Shown here one piece after another: positions 30,176 through 41,456 of a DNA stretch of 64,000 nt. This stretch comes from a candidate division WOR-3 bacterium. Lineage in GTDB: Bacteria > Hydrothermota > Tepidihabitantia > B3-TA06. A program made the translations under genes and the position numbers. The stretch spans positions 32,001 to 96,000 of the forward strand of contig CBFGKC010000006.1 of NCBI GenBank assembly GCA_965649265.1, read 5' to 3'. How positions within the stretch are numbered: the stretch's first letter is position 1; each line of letters starts with the position of its first letter. Under the pieces are notes generated by a model. That model had not been told where the DNA came from. It saw nothing but the letters and a program-made list of their open reading frames with translations, and ran no database searches.

Positions 30176-32113
30176 ATGGCGAAAGTTATAGGTATCGATC
30201 TTGGTACTACCAATTCCTGCGTGGCTATCGTGGAGCAGGGGCAGGCTTCTGTAATTCCCAATCCCGAAGGCGGGCGAACGACGCCATCCGTTGTTTCCTT
30301 CGGCAAGGAGCGTCTTGTGGGCGTTTTGGCAAAACGCCAGGCGGTTCTCCATCCCGAGGATACTATCTATTCAATCAAACGCTTCATGGGCAGGCGCTAC
30401 TCCGAGGTTGCCGATGAACGCGCACGAGTTCCTTACAAGGTTGTTCCCGCCGACAATGGTGATGCATGGGTCGAAGTCGCAGGCAAGAAGATGGCTCCGC
30501 CCGAGGTCTCGGCCATGATACTTCAGTATCTCAAAAAGGCTGCAGAGGCATATCTGGGTGAACCCGTTCAGCAGGCCGTTATCACTGTTCCCGCTTACTT
30601 CAACGATTCCCAGCGCCAGGCGACAAAGGATGCGGGCAAGATTGCCGGTCTTGACGTACTGCGAATCATCAACGAGCCAACGGCGGCCGCGCTTGCATAC
30701 GGCCTCGACAAGCAGAAGTCGGCAAAGGTTGCCGTTTACGATCTTGGCGGCGGTACGTTCGATATCTCTATCATAGAGATAGACTCCGAGGCAAAGACGA
30801 TAGAGGTTCGTTCCACCAATGGAAATACCCATCTCGGCGGCGACGACTTCGACCAGCGCATCATGGAATACATAATAGAAGAGTTCAAGCGTGAACAGGG
30901 CATAGACCTTTCCCAGGACCGTTCGGCGCTCGCCCGTATCAAGGACGCGGCTGAGAAGGCCAAGATTGAACTCTCATCGAGCCTTGAGACGACGATAAGC
31001 CAGCCCTTCATCGCCTCGACACCTGACAAGGGTCCCTTGCATCTTGAGATGCGGCTCACGCGGACCAAGCTCGAATCACTCGTCGGCGATCTTGTCGAGA
31101 GCTCGTTCGGCCCCGTAAGGCAGGCGCTCGAGGATGCAAAACTCACGCCCGCGCAGATAGACGAGGTAATACTCGTCGGCGGTCAGATAAGGATGCCTAT
31201 GGTTCAGGAACGCGTCCGACAGTTCTTCTCTAAGGAGCCGCACAAGGGCATCAATCCCGATGAGGTAGTTGCCGTCGGCGCGGCACAGGCCGCATTCCAA
31301 GCTTCAGGTCAGGCAGAGAAGGATTCTGCGCTTCTTCTTCTCGACGTTACCCCCCTCTCCCTTGGCATCGAGACTCTCGGCGGTGTGATGACCGTTCTCA
31401 TTCCCCGCAACACCACAATACCCACAAAGAAAGCAGAAACCTTCACGACGGCTGAGGACAACCAGCCTGCGGTGACCGTGCACGTTCTGCAGGGGGAGCG
31501 CCCGATGGCTCAGGATAATCGCACTCTCGGCCGCTTCGAGCTCGACGGCATTCCTCCCGCCCGGCGCGGTGCTCCGCAAATCGAGGTTACGTTTGACATC
31601 GACGAGAACGGAATCCTTCATGTCTCGGCGAAGGACAAGGGAACGGGCAAAGAACAATCCATACGCATCACGGCCTCCTCCGGTCTTTCCGATACCGAGA
31701 AGGAGAAGATGGTCAAGGATGCCGAACTTCATGCCGCGGAGGACCGCAAGCGCCGCGAGATCATAGACGCCCGCAACAAGGCCGACGGCTTCATCTACTC
31801 CGTTGAGAAAACCATGCGAGAAGCCGGCGACAAAATCTCTGCGGAAGACAAGACCCTTATCGAACAGAAGATTACGGCTCTCAAGGATGCAATGAAAGGT
31901 GAGGATGCCGCCGCAATCAATCGTTCTCTCGAAGAACTGCAGCAGGCTTCCTATAAGCTCTCTGAGGCTCTATATAAGACCCAGCAGCAGGGTGCTGGCT
32001 CTCAGCCCGGTCCTGATGCCGCCGGTCCAGGTACGTCCGATGCCTCTCCGAATAAAGATAAAGAAGACGTGCAGGCCGACTACAAGGTCATCGACGAGGA
32101 AGAAGGCAAGTAG
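30176..32113 (+). CDS. dnaK: Chaperone DnaK
   Basis: [42 protein letters not shown]; start at ATG 30176. Confidence 0.98.
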   Translation: MAKVIGIDLGTTNSCVAIVEQGQASVIPNPEGGRTTPSVVSFGKERLVGVLAKRQAVLHPEDTIYSIKRFMGRRYSEVADERARVPYKVVPADNGDAWVEVAGKKMAPPEVSAMILQYLKKAAEAYLGEPVQQAVITVPAYFNDSQRQATKDAGKIAGLDVLRIINEPTAAALAYGLDKQKSAKVAVYDLGGGTFDISIIEIDSEAKTIEVRSTNGNTHLGGDDFDQRIMEYIIEEFKREQGIDLSQDRSALARIKDAAEKAKIELSSSLETTISQPFIASTPDKGPLHLEMRLTRTKLESLVGDLVESSFGPVRQALEDAKLTPAQIDEVILVGGQIRMPMVQERVRQFFSKEPHKGINPDEVVAVGAAQAAFQASGQAEKDSALLLLDVTPLSLGIETLGGVMTVLIPRNTTIPTKKAETFTTAEDNQPAVTVHVLQGERPMAQDNRTLGRFELDGIPPARRGAPQIEVTFDIDENGILHVSAKDKGTGKEQSIRITASSGLSDTEKEKMVKDAELHAAEDRKRREIIDARNKADGFIYSVEKTMREAGDKISAEDKTLIEQKITALKDAMKGEDAAAINRSLEELQQASYKLSEALYKTQQQGAGSQPGPDAAGPGTSDASPNKDKEDVQADYKVIDEEEGK

Positions 32114-32234
32114 GATGCAGTTTTCCCGGTCGCAGGGTAGAACCTCCAAGGGATCAAGAATTACTTTAAAGTTTCCACTGCTTTCGATTGTAAGAGGAGA
32201 CTTGTCATAATCAGTTTCTCAAAGGTCGCAGAAA

Positions 32235-33347
32235 ATGGCCGATAAGAAGGATTTCTATGAGGTTTTGGGTGTTCCCAGGAACGCCACGGAAGAGGAAATA
32301 AAGAAGGCCTACCGCAAGCTTGCCAGACAGCACCATCCGGATGCCAATCCTGACAATCGCGACGAATCCCGTGAGAAGTTCAAGGAAATAAGCGAGGCCT
32401 ACGACGTCCTCTCCGATTCTGAAAAGAAAAGACTTTACGACCAGTTCGGGCACGAGGGTGTAAATCGGCGATACGGTCCCCAGGGCTTCGACATGAATGA
32501 CTTCTTCCGCCAGCACCAGACGGATTTCGAGGGCGATTCCATCTTCGGTGACCTCTTTTCCAATCTCTTCGAGGGATTCTTCGGCTTCGGCGGTCAGACG
32601 GCGGTCAACCCGAGACGGCGTATGGGCGGAGACATTCGAATCAGAATATCTCTAACCCTTGAGGAGATCGCGTCCGGAACCAAGAAAACGGTCGAAGTAT
32701 CGCGCCACGAGGAGTGCGACGAGTGCAAGGGCAAGGGAGGTTTCAATGCCGAGACCTGTTCGACCTGCCAGGGCAGGGGCCAGGTTACTACCGTCTCACG
32801 TTCCTTTTTCGGAAGCATTCAGCAGCGTCAGACGTGCCCTTCGTGCGGCGGGACAGGGGAGACATTCAAGGAATCCTGTAAGGCGTGCAACTCAACAGGC
32901 AGAGTAAAAAAACAAAAGAAGATAGAATTGAACATACCATCCGGCGTTACGAGCGGAAACTACATGAGGCTTCGTAATGAAGGACATTGGGGACCCGGCG
33001 GGAGGGGTGATATGATCGTGGAGTTCGACGAAAAGCGGCACTCGCTTTTCTTAAGACAAGGCGACGATATAATCGTCGACGTACCCATCTCATTTACGAT
33101 TGCCGCCCTCGGCGGTTCAATCGAAGTTCCTACCCTTAACGGCAAGAAGAAGATTAAGGTTTCGGCAGGCACTCAGTCAGGGACCCTTCAGCGGATTAGA
33201 GGTCAGGGGATAGGCCACCTGAACGGCGGCAGGGGTGACGAACTTGTACGTCTCATCGTTCACACTCCTGAGAAGCTTTCGGCAAGCCAGCGCAAGCTTA
33301 TGGAGGAACTCGATTACAAAGTTCCTGCACCAGGAAGGCCCAAGTAA
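32235..33347 (+). CDS. dnaJ: Chaperone DnaJ
   Basis: J domain with HPD, G/F-rich region, four CxxCxGxG-type repeats. Confidence 0.97.
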   Translation: MADKKDFYEVLGVPRNATEEEIKKAYRKLARQHHPDANPDNRDESREKFKEISEAYDVLSDSEKKRLYDQFGHEGVNRRYGPQGFDMNDFFRQHQTDFEGDSIFGDLFSNLFEGFFGFGGQTAVNPRRRMGGDIRIRISLTLEEIASGTKKTVEVSRHEECDECKGKGGFNAETCSTCQGRGQVTTVSRSFFGSIQQRQTCPSCGGTGETFKESCKACNSTGRVKKQKKIELNIPSGVTSGNYMRLRNEGHWGPGGRGDMIVEFDEKRHSLFLRQGDDIIVDVPISFTIAALGGSIEVPTLNGKKKIKVSAGTQSGTLQRIRGQGIGHLNGGRGDELVRLIVHTPEKLSASQRKLMEELDYKVPAPGRPK

Positions 33348-33351
33348 TTTC

Positions 33352-34077
33352 ATGAAGGAACTCTTCTACACACCTTCCAGGACGGTCTCAGGCGGCAGGC
33401 TGGTAATACACGGCGAAGAGGCTCACCATATATTCAAGGTCAAGCGCCACAGACAGGGCGAGCGAATCCTTGTAACGGACGGCGAGGGCTCCGAGTACCA
33501 TGTTCTAATCACTTCCGCCACGGAGAGCACCATCGAAGGCCAGATTATCTCCACGAAACGCAAGCCTACAGAGGCGCTTCTAGAGGTTACCCTAGCGTTC
33601 GGCATCGTTAAAGCACCTCGCATCGAGATCATCTTCGAGAAATGTACGGAGATGGGCGTCACCGCTTTTCAGCCGCTTGTCACCGCTCACACGGTGCCTG
33701 AATGGGAGGAGGGGGAGAAGAAATTCGACCGATTCGAAAGAATAATTATATCCGCTATGAAACAGTCGCTTAGATCGGTCATTCCCCGCGTAATGCCTTT
33801 GCTTGACCTGAGGGAATTTATCACTACAATACCTAATTATGATCATGCCCTGGTGGCATGGGAAGAAGCCCGTCATCAACTTCGAGAAAGGTTGACCACA
33901 AAGCGCGTCAGGAGAATAGCCTTGGTTATCGGTCCTGAGGGTGGTTTTGCACCTGATGAGATAGAAAACCTCATAACAGCCGGTGCAAAGCCTTTTTCAT
34001 TGGGACTCAGAAGACTGCGCGCCGAAACGGCTTCCATAGCCGCGTTGGCTAACGTGTATAATCTATATGATGTTTGA
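33352..34077 (+). CDS. rsmE: 16S rRNA m3U1498 methyltransferase
   Basis: EKCTEMGV, SAMKQSLR, VIGPEGGF, SLGLRRLRAETA; start at ATG 33352. Confidence 0.93.
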   Translation: MKELFYTPSRTVSGGRLVIHGEEAHHIFKVKRHRQGERILVTDGEGSEYHVLITSATESTIEGQIISTKRKPTEALLEVTLAFGIVKAPRIEIIFEKCTEMGVTAFQPLVTAHTVPEWEEGEKKFDRFERIIISAMKQSLRSVIPRVMPLLDLREFITTIPNYDHALVAWEEARHQLRERLTTKRVRRIALVIGPEGGFAPDEIENLITAGAKPFSLGLRRLRAETASIAALANVYNLYDV

Positions 34078-34112
34078 AACTTGTAAAAGCCTCATGAAAG
34101 GAGGTGAATTGA

Positions 34113-34313
34113 TTGGCAACTATAAACGTTCGCGATGGTGAATCTTACGAAAGCTTCATGCGGCGTTTCCGCAGGGCCTGCGAGAAGGCAGGCATTTTGC
34201 GTGACTACAAGCGTCACGAGTTCTACGAGAAACCGAGCGAGAAACGTAAGCGCAAGCTCATAGAGGCGCGGCGCAAGACATGGCGCAGGCGCCACAAGGA
34301 TCAGCAGTACTGA
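34113..34313 (+). CDS. rpsU: 30S ribosomal protein S21
   Basis: ESFMRRFRR...HEFYEKPSEKRKRK; TTG start after AGGAGGT. Confidence 0.95.
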   Translation: MATINVRDGESYESFMRRFRRACEKAGILRDYKRHEFYEKPSEKRKRKLIEARRKTWRRRHKDQQY

Positions 34314-34314
34314 A

Positions 34315-36618
34315 GTGATTCTCGAAGAGACGTTTGAGCGTCTCGATTTTGCGCGTGTTCGTGGATTGTTGGCCGATGCCTGTGCGACGGCCGGAGCAAA
34401 AAAGCGAGCTTTGGCGCTTGTTCCGTGTGCAAATGCGGAACAAGCTAAAAGGCGTTTTGCGGAAACAGAAGAGGCCTTTTGTTTTAAACAAGGCCTGCCT
34501 TTTGGTATGTGTTCTGTGGCAGAGGAGTTGCTTGAATCGATCGAAAGAGAGCGTTACCTTGTACCAAAGGAATTTCTCAAGCTTGCCGAGGTTCTTGAAG
34601 GGTTCATGCTGATCGAAAAGAGGACCAGAGCGGTGCGGAGGGAGGAGTTCCCGCTCCTTAAAGAGGCTGCAGAAGGCGTTAAGCCGATAGAAGATCTTCG
34701 AATGCGTATAATCGAGGCCGTTGACGAAGAAGGAGTGAAGGAGTCCGCTTCCCCTCTCCTTGCCGAAATAAGGCGGTCAATGGCATCAGAGCGCCGTGCC
34801 GTGATGAAAGGACTTGAATCGATGATTGCCGCAAGGCCGGAGATATTCCAGGAATCTGCCATTCATTTCCGCGAGGGCAGGCTTGTGCTTGCCGTACGCA
34901 GGGAGCGCGAACAGGAGCTTTCAGGCATTATGCATGGAGTATCGGGTGCAGGTGCAACAAGTTTCATTGAACCTTTTGAGAGCGTCTCAGGCAATAATAA
35001 ACTCCGTGCTCTCCGCGACGAGGAGCGTGAGGAGTTGGAGAGAATCCTTCTGGAACTCGCCGGAGCCGTCCGCGAAAAAACCTCGGAGATTCGCTCTTCC
35101 CTCGATGCCGTAGAGGAACTGGATTTTATCTTCGCGCGCGCAGACTGGGCAGAGCGTTTGCGAGCTTCGGCAGTCGATCCCGATTCGAAATCCCTTGAGA
35201 TATTGAGCGCACGTCATCCTATTCTGGAGCTACGGCGCAAGGTAATCCCGCTCGATCTAAAGGTGTCGCCCGGTACAAAGGTTCTTCTCATCTCCGGTCC
35301 AAATGCGGGAGGCAAGTCGGTTGTCCTCAAGACGGTGGGTCTTTCGGCGCTTCTTGCAGTTTCCGGGATACACGTTCCAGCATCTGCCGATACAAGAATC
35401 CCTTTCTTCAAGAAGGTTTTCATCGATATCGGTGACGAACAATCCATTGACGATAATCTTTCGAGCTTTACCGCGCATCTTGCCAATCTGAAGACCATCC
35501 TCGAAGAGGCCGACGAGGAATCGCTCGTACTTCTCGATGAACTTGGTTCCTCCACGTCACCGGAGGAGGGGGGAGCGCTTGGAATGGCGGTGCTTTCCGC
35601 TCTAGCTGAAAAGGGGACGACCGTCATTGCAACTACTCATCTTGAGTCCCTTAAGTACTTCGTCGAGCAGCACGAGTCCATGGAGAACGCCGGAATGGAA
35701 TTTCTCGGCCACCCAACCTACAGGCTTATCATGGGTATTCCGGGTATGTCCAACGCCCTTGAGGTGGCGGATGAGGCGGGGTTCCCGAGCCGGATAACGG
35801 AAATGGCCAGGGGGTATTTGCGTCCCGAGCTTGTCGAGATGTCGGAGATGATCTCCCGGATTTCGGAAGAACGACGCAAAGCGCAGATGCTGCGCGTCGA
35901 ACTCGAAAAAGAGCTTGGCGAACTCAAGGAAAAAGAAGCGCGATACGAAGTGCTCGAAAGTGAGCTCGCGTTGCGCCGCAAAAGGTTTGATTCAGAGATG
36001 CTCTCCGAAAGAAAAAAGCTCATCACCGACGCGCGGCGCGAGGTTGAAAACCTCGTGAAATCAATAAAAGAAAGCAAGGCCACAAGGGAATCGGTCGTTG
36101 CCGCACAAAGATATCTAAAGGAAAAGGACAAGGAGTTGAGTTCAGCCTTGAGGGAAGAGACCCCCATTATCTCGACAGACCTGGATGAAGGTATGAGGGT
36201 CAGGTCTTCCAGATTAGGGAGAGAAGGAACGATCGTCGAAATTAATGAACGTTCCGGTGAGGCGCTTGTTGAGTTCGGAACCCTCAAAATGGCTTTGAGC
36301 CTTTCGGATCTTGAACCCTGCGCGGACGAGCGTCCCCGCAAGGCGGTCTCGCGCGTAGATGAAGAAGCCGTTTTCAATCCCAGGCTTCATCTGCGGGGGA
36401 TGTACGCTGAGGAGGCCTACGAGCGCCTTGTCGCTTACGTCTCCGAGGCTGTTGCCCTGGGTGTGTCCGAGCTGTTCATCGTGCACGGGAAGGGAACCGG
36501 TGTTTTAAAGAATCTTGTCATGGAATTCGCAAGAACGGACCGCAGGGTCGCCTCATACCGTGTAGGTGAGCCCTTCGAGGGCGGTGACGGCGTTACCGTT
36601 TTGAGGTTGGCGGTATGA
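34315..36618 (+). CDS. mutS2: MutS2 (ATPase plus Smr domain)
   Basis: ISGPNAGGKS, DIGDEQSI, LSSFTAH, LLDELGS, KOW region, Smr VHGKGTGVL...GGDGVTV. Confidence 0.94.
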   Translation: MILEETFERLDFARVRGLLADACATAGAKKRALALVPCANAEQAKRRFAETEEAFCFKQGLPFGMCSVAEELLESIERERYLVPKEFLKLAEVLEGFMLIEKRTRAVRREEFPLLKEAAEGVKPIEDLRMRIIEAVDEEGVKESASPLLAEIRRSMASERRAVMKGLESMIAARPEIFQESAIHFREGRLVLAVRREREQELSGIMHGVSGAGATSFIEPFESVSGNNKLRALRDEEREELERILLELAGAVREKTSEIRSSLDAVEELDFIFARADWAERLRASAVDPDSKSLEILSARHPILELRRKVIPLDLKVSPGTKVLLISGPNAGGKSVVLKTVGLSALLAVSGIHVPASADTRIPFFKKVFIDIGDEQSIDDNLSSFTAHLANLKTILEEADEESLVLLDELGSSTSPEEGGALGMAVLSALAEKGTTVIATTHLESLKYFVEQHESMENAGMEFLGHPTYRLIMGIPGMSNALEVADEAGFPSRITEMARGYLRPELVEMSEMISRISEERRKAQMLRVELEKELGELKEKEARYEVLESELALRRKRFDSEMLSERKKLITDARREVENLVKSIKESKATRESVVAAQRYLKEKDKELSSALREETPIISTDLDEGMRVRSSRLGREGTIVEINERSGEALVEFGTLKMALSLSDLEPCADERPRKAVSRVDEEAVFNPRLHLRGMYAEEAYERLVAYVSEAVALGVSELFIVHGKGTGVLKNLVMEFARTDRRVASYRVGEPFEGGDGVTVLRLAV

Positions 36619-38366
36619 TATCGCACGAAATCGTCGAGCGCGTCAGAACCGAAACCGACATAGTCGGGCTCATCGGCGAGTACGTCACTCTCAAGCGCTC
36701 GGGACGCAGTTTTACAGGGCTTTGCCCTTTTCACCAGGAGAAGACGCCTTCGTTTAACGTCAGCCCTGAAAGGCAGGCCTACCACTGCTTCGGCTGCGGG
36801 GCAGGCGGAAACGCCTTGACATTCATAATGAATTACGAAAACGTAACTTTCCCCGAAGCCGTAAAGAAACTCGCCGAAAGACTCGGGATAAAGATCGAAT
36901 ACACCGCCGAGGACGATCCTACAAAGCCTCTTTCCGACGCACTCGAGATCGTCCACAAGCTTTACCAGGATACCTTGTGGTCGCAGGACGGGTTAGAGGC
37001 CCAGCGCTATCTTGCCTCACGCGGTCTAAAAAAAGAAACAATTAAGAACTTCGGGCTGGGACTTGTTCCCCAGGACGTATCATTGCTCATCCACCGAGCG
37101 CGCGAGGCCAAACTCAGCACGAATACACTTGCGGAAGCCGGGGTTCTGGGAACCCGCTCCGGCAGTCACTATCCGTTTCTTGGGGGCAGGATTGTTTTTC
37201 CTATCCGTACTTCATCCGGCAAACTCGTAGGCTTTTCCGGTCGCATCTATGGCGAGGACTCCAATCCTGCCAAGTACGTCAACACCCCCGAGACCAGGCT
37301 CTTCAAGAAGGGGCAGCTTCTTTACGGGCTTTCCGAGGCAAGGCCTTATCTGAGGCGTGACGGTGCATTGATCGTCGAGGGTCAGATGGACGTCTTAAGG
37401 CTCAGTCAGGATGGTTTTCACAACGCAGTAGCTCCTCTGGGAACGGCATTCACCAACGACCATGCGAAGCTGCTCACACGCTACGCCGATTCCTGTATCC
37501 TTCTTTTTGACGGCGACGAGGCGGGACGCAAGGCGGCGCTGCGAACCCTGGGTGAGGTACTTGCTTCGGATCTTGATACAAGGCTTGTTCTACTTCCTGA
37601 GGGGGAGGACCCGGCGAGCTTTCTTTCAGGACACCAGGCAGGCGAGCTTGCAGAAATCATAAAGAACGCGGAAGAGCCCGTAGGCTTTCTTTACAAGCTT
37701 CTGGCTCCTGAGGGTACAGGCGCGACCAGACGGACGGCAGAGCTGATGATATCTATAATTCGTCGGGTTCCTGACAGGTTAAGGCGTGAGCTGTACATAG
37801 ACGAGGCGGCCAAATTCATTGGTGTGGACAGGAAGATCATAGCGGAAAGGATTTCTGCATCGAGCCCGGACGCACACAGGGTTTCGGGTACTAGATCTAC
37901 AAGAAACGTTACGGGTATGGGTGTTACGGGTGTTACGGGTGGGTTAAGATTCTCGGAATCTGAGGATGTGCTTTTCCGAATGATGGTAGCGAGTTCGGAG
38001 TTCGTTCGCATGGCTTCTGAACATCTTCCTTCTTCTCTTTTTGAAGAAGCGGAGAAGAGGGAGCTTTTGGAGAAGCTTTACGAGACGGCCAGGGAGCGCG
38101 AGCAATTCACCCCGGGGGACATACTTGATTCTTTGTCTCCCGAAATGCAGCGCAGGGTTTCAGCCTGGAGTCTTTCGGAATTACGTTATTCGAGAGAAGA
38201 GTTCGCGAGGGCTCTTGCTCACTATATATTTCAGCGCACGCGTGACAGGCTGCGCAGCGACCTCAAGGAGGCCGAACGCGCGGGTGATGCGGAGCGTGCA
38301 AAGAGTCTGCTCGGTCAGTTGAATTCATTGGTTAAAGAAAGCAACAAAATCTATCAGGGCATATGA
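36615..38366 (+). CDS. dnaG: DNA primase
   Basis: [11 protein letters not shown]...HCFGCG zinc finger, [20 protein letters not shown] and FDGDEAG. Confidence 0.97.
   Translation: MISHEIVERVRTETDIVGLIGEYVTLKRSGRSFTGLCPFHQEKTPSFNVSPERQAYHCFGCGAGGNALTFIMNYENVTFPEAVKKLAERLGIKIEYTAEDDPTKPLSDALEIVHKLYQDTLWSQDGLEAQRYLASRGLKKETIKNFGLGLVPQDVSLLIHRAREAKLSTNTLAEAGVLGTRSGSHYPFLGGRIVFPIRTSSGKLVGFSGRIYGEDSNPAKYVNTPETRLFKKGQLLYGLSEARPYLRRDGALIVEGQMDVLRLSQDGFHNAVAPLGTAFTNDHAKLLTRYADSCILLFDGDEAGRKAALRTLGEVLASDLDTRLVLLPEGEDPASFLSGHQAGELAEIIKNAEEPVGFLYKLLAPEGTGATRRTAELMISIIRRVPDRLRRELYIDEAAKFIGVDRKIIAERISASSPDAHRVSGTRSTRNVTGMGVTGVTGGLRFSESEDVLFRMMVASSEFVRMASEHLPSSLFEEAEKRELLEKLYETAREREQFTPGDILDSLSPEMQRRVSAWSLSELRYSREEFARALAHYIFQRTRDRLRSDLKEAERAGDAERAKSLLGQLNSLVKESNKIYQGI
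37908..37940 (-). repeat. Three CCCGTAAC(A) motifs in frame inside dnaG
   Basis: GTTACGGGTATGGGTGTTACGGGTGTTACGGGT encodes [11 protein letters not shown] in the primase linker. Confidence 0.8.
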
Positions 38367-40006
38367 AGAAGAATAAAAACAATTCACCCGCTGCCGCGCC
38401 TTTGCGCGGCAAGGAGATCGCTGAGGAGATTCTCAAGCAACTCAACGATCGGCAAACGATAACTTACAAGGAACTTGAGACCCATCTTCCGGAGACATAC
38501 GTTTCATCGGACGAGGTAGACGAGATAATCGTCAGGCTTCGCGATGGGGGGGTAATGCTCGTTTCCGACGGCGAGGAACGTCCGGAGGAGTCAAAAGAAA
38601 AAACGGGCAAACTGCCCAAAGTAAAGGGTCGCAAGGATTCGACTCGTTCGTATTTCAAAGAACTCAACAAATTCGGACTTCTCACGAAGGATGATGAAGT
38701 CAAGTACTCTAAGCAGATGGAGGAGGGATATTCGACACTTCAGCGAGAGATATTTTCTGCAACAGGAGTAGTCGATCAGCTTATCCTGCATTGCAGAGAG
38801 ATTGAAACCGGTGAGAGACCGGTTGACCAGATAGCCAAACCCGACATAGATTCAGTACTTGACAAAAAACTCTATTTACGCTGGAAGCAGCAATTTTTAA
38901 GGACAACAGCCAAGGTCGCGGAATACAACGAGATGATTCGCGAGGTAACCAAGCGCAGAAACCGGACAAAGGAGGAGGAGGAGGCTCTGGGCAAGTTTCG
39001 CGACAAACTATATCAAAAGATACTTGGGCTTTCTTTGCAAATGGAAGTCGTGAAAGACTACTCCGAAAGGTATAGAAGAGAGGTAGAAGAGCTTATAAAG
39101 ATAGATTCACAGGCTTTAAAAATAAAAGCAAAGGCCGAAACCGACTCCAAGGTGCGTGAAGAATACCAGGAGCTTCGCAACGAGCTCCGTCGTGCCGAGC
39201 GTAACTTCGGCAGACCCCTTGACGAAGCACGTGCAAGTCTTGCACACGTTCTGGAAATTGAGAAGGTGATTCTTGGAGCCCGTGATCATATGATCGAGGG
39301 TAACGTACGCCTCGTTATCTCCATTGCGAAGCGCTATACAAACCGCGGGCTCGAATTCATCGATTTGATTGCCGAAGGAAACTGCGGTCTTATAAAAGCC
39401 GTCGAGAAGTTCGACTACAAAAAAGGGTACAAGTTTTCTACATACGCGACATGGTGGATCAAGCAGGCCATCACGAGAGCGATTGCCGACCAGTCGCGTA
39501 CGGTTCGCGTTCCCGCGCACATCATTGATGCCATCAACAAGATAACTCGCGTGTCAAGGCGTTTTATTCAAAAACACGGGCGTCTTCCCGGCCCGAACGA
39601 GATTGCACACTATCTTCCCTCGTTCAGCGAGGACAAGGTGAAGTTCCTCACGAACATTGCCCAGTACCATGTCTCTCTGGATAAATCCATAGACGACGAC
39701 AACTCTTCCTTCGTCGGTGATTTCATCTCCGACGACAAGACACCTGTTCCTACCTACCATGCGGCCCGGTCGGTTCTGGAAACCAAGATCGATGACGCAC
39801 TAGGAACGCTCTCGAAGCGCGAGGAGACCGTCCTCAGGCTTCGCTTCGGCGTGGACGACGGTGTGCAGCGCACTCTCGAAGAAGTCGGTCAGATATTCAA
39901 CGTCACCCGCGAACGAATCCGTCAGATTGAGGCAAAGGCGATCAAGAAGCTGCGTGACCCGTCGCGTCGAAAGATATTCGACCCCCTCAAGGAATTGCTC
40001 AGATAA
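38363..40006 (+). CDS. rpoD: Primary sigma factor RpoD (sigma70)
   Basis: [65 protein letters not shown]; follows dnaG. Confidence 0.96.
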   Translation: MKKNKNNSPAAAPLRGKEIAEEILKQLNDRQTITYKELETHLPETYVSSDEVDEIIVRLRDGGVMLVSDGEERPEESKEKTGKLPKVKGRKDSTRSYFKELNKFGLLTKDDEVKYSKQMEEGYSTLQREIFSATGVVDQLILHCREIETGERPVDQIAKPDIDSVLDKKLYLRWKQQFLRTTAKVAEYNEMIREVTKRRNRTKEEEEALGKFRDKLYQKILGLSLQMEVVKDYSERYRREVEELIKIDSQALKIKAKAETDSKVREEYQELRNELRRAERNFGRPLDEARASLAHVLEIEKVILGARDHMIEGNVRLVISIAKRYTNRGLEFIDLIAEGNCGLIKAVEKFDYKKGYKFSTYATWWIKQAITRAIADQSRTVRVPAHIIDAINKITRVSRRFIQKHGRLPGPNEIAHYLPSFSEDKVKFLTNIAQYHVSLDKSIDDDNSSFVGDFISDDKTPVPTYHAARSVLETKIDDALGTLSKREETVLRLRFGVDDGVQRTLEEVGQIFNVTRERIRQIEAKAIKKLRDPSRRKIFDPLKELLR

Positions 40007-40262
40007 CGCACGTATCCTTTCGTCTCTCTTTCGGTTCTTCTATTCTGAAGATTTTGATAACGGTCATTCGATAAGCCTTTCTTAGTTGATTATTAAATTG
40101 AACAGGATGTTTAATTATGATGAAGCTTTCCAGGGGGACATGATTCAAGTTTTTTTCGCAATCGCAGACGCTTAGATCTATTGAACTTGATGCGCTGTAA
40201 CCATGTGAAAGATACGGGATTTGCGTTTCTCTTTGCATCAGAGGAAAGGGACATTTCACATG

Positions 40263-40290
40263 TTGACAGGCTCGCTTTGCGCCTTATAAT
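40263..40290 (+). promoter_or_regulatory. sigma70-like promoter (TTGACA-N16-TATAAT)
   Basis: Perfect consensus hexamers. Confidence 0.75.
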
Positions 40291-40327
40291 TTGTTAGAAT
40301 GTATACTTGTTCTTCAAGGAGGAAAAA

Positions 40328-41449
40328 TTGGCACATGCATATACGCCCGGTTTAAAGGTTACTGCCAAGACAAAAATAATAAAGGAACGCAGATTACCCC
40401 TTCAGGGAGAAGTGCTGGTTTCGAAGGGTGAGGTTCTGGACGGCGATACAATTGTCGCTAAAACGCTGCTTCCCGGAAACGTTACAACCGTCAATGTTGC
40501 CGGACTTCTAGGTGTGCTGCCTCAGGATGCGCCCGAACACATGCTTAAAAAGCCTGGTGACGAGGTTCGTTCAGGTGAATCCCTGGCCGAGAGCAAAGGT
40601 CTTTTCGGGATGTTCAAGTCCAAGGTGGAATCTCCAATCAGTGGAATAATAGAGAGTGTATCTCCAATAACAGGTCAGGTTATACTACGTGAACCGCCCG
40701 AACCGGTCCAGGTCGATGCGTACGTGGACGGCAAGGTTGTGGAAGTCTACGATAAGGAAGGCGTCTCGGTGGAAACCACCGGAAGCTTCATACAAGGTAT
40801 TTTCGGATTCGGCGGTGAGCGCCGGGGCATCATAAAGATGATTGCCAAAAGTTCTGACGAGGTCATTGACGAACAGAAGCTTGACGAAAGCATGAAAGGT
40901 GCCGTAGTTGTGGGTGGTGCCCTGGTAACGGCGGGAGCTATCAAAAAAGGCATCGAGTATGGTATTAAGGGCATAGTAGTCGGCGGAATCGAGGACTCGA
41001 CCATAAAAGAGGTCCTGGGTTATGATATAGGCGTGGCCATTACCGGTTCCGAACCTATTCCTCTGACCGTCATTGTTACCGAAGGCTTCGGCAAGATGCG
41101 GATGGCAGGTCGCACTTTTGATCTCCTAAAGGAGCTTGACGGAATGAAGGCCTCGATCAACGGCGCGACTCAGATTCGTGCCGGAGTCATAAGGCCTGAG
41201 ATAATCGTGACGCGCGAGACCAAGGAAATGCGTCGTTCACAGGATTCCTTGGAAGAAGGACTCAAGGTCGGAACGCAGGTCCGAATCATCCGGGAGCCGC
41301 ATTTCGGCGGTATCGGAAAGGTAGTAGACCTGCCTGTCGACCTTGAGAATATAGAAACCGAATCAAAGGTGAGGGTTCTTGTTGTTGAACTTGAAGACAA
41401 AGAACACGTTCGTTTGCCGCGAGCAAACGTTGAAATCATCGAGGCTTAA
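40328..41449 (+). CDS. Conserved hypothetical protein (barrel-sandwich-like N-terminus, KOW-like C-terminus)
   Basis: Long ORF; probable TTG start at 40328 after AGGAGG (AHAYTPGLKV...). Confidence 0.7.
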   Translation: MAHAYTPGLKVTAKTKIIKERRLPLQGEVLVSKGEVLDGDTIVAKTLLPGNVTTVNVAGLLGVLPQDAPEHMLKKPGDEVRSGESLAESKGLFGMFKSKVESPISGIIESVSPITGQVILREPPEPVQVDAYVDGKVVEVYDKEGVSVETTGSFIQGIFGFGGERRGIIKMIAKSSDEVIDEQKLDESMKGAVVVGGALVTAGAIKKGIEYGIKGIVVGGIEDSTIKEVLGYDIGVAITGSEPIPLTVIVTEGFGKMRMAGRTFDLLKELDGMKASINGATQIRAGVIRPEIIVTRETKEMRRSQDSLEEGLKVGTQVRIIREPHFGGIGKVVDLPVDLENIETESKVRVLVVELEDKEHVRLPRANVEIIEA

Positions 41450-41456
41450 GAAGATT

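Noticed and set aside
40007-40260. ncRNA or tRNA after rpoD
   Set aside because: AT-rich spacer with no cloverleaf or recognisable RNA motif
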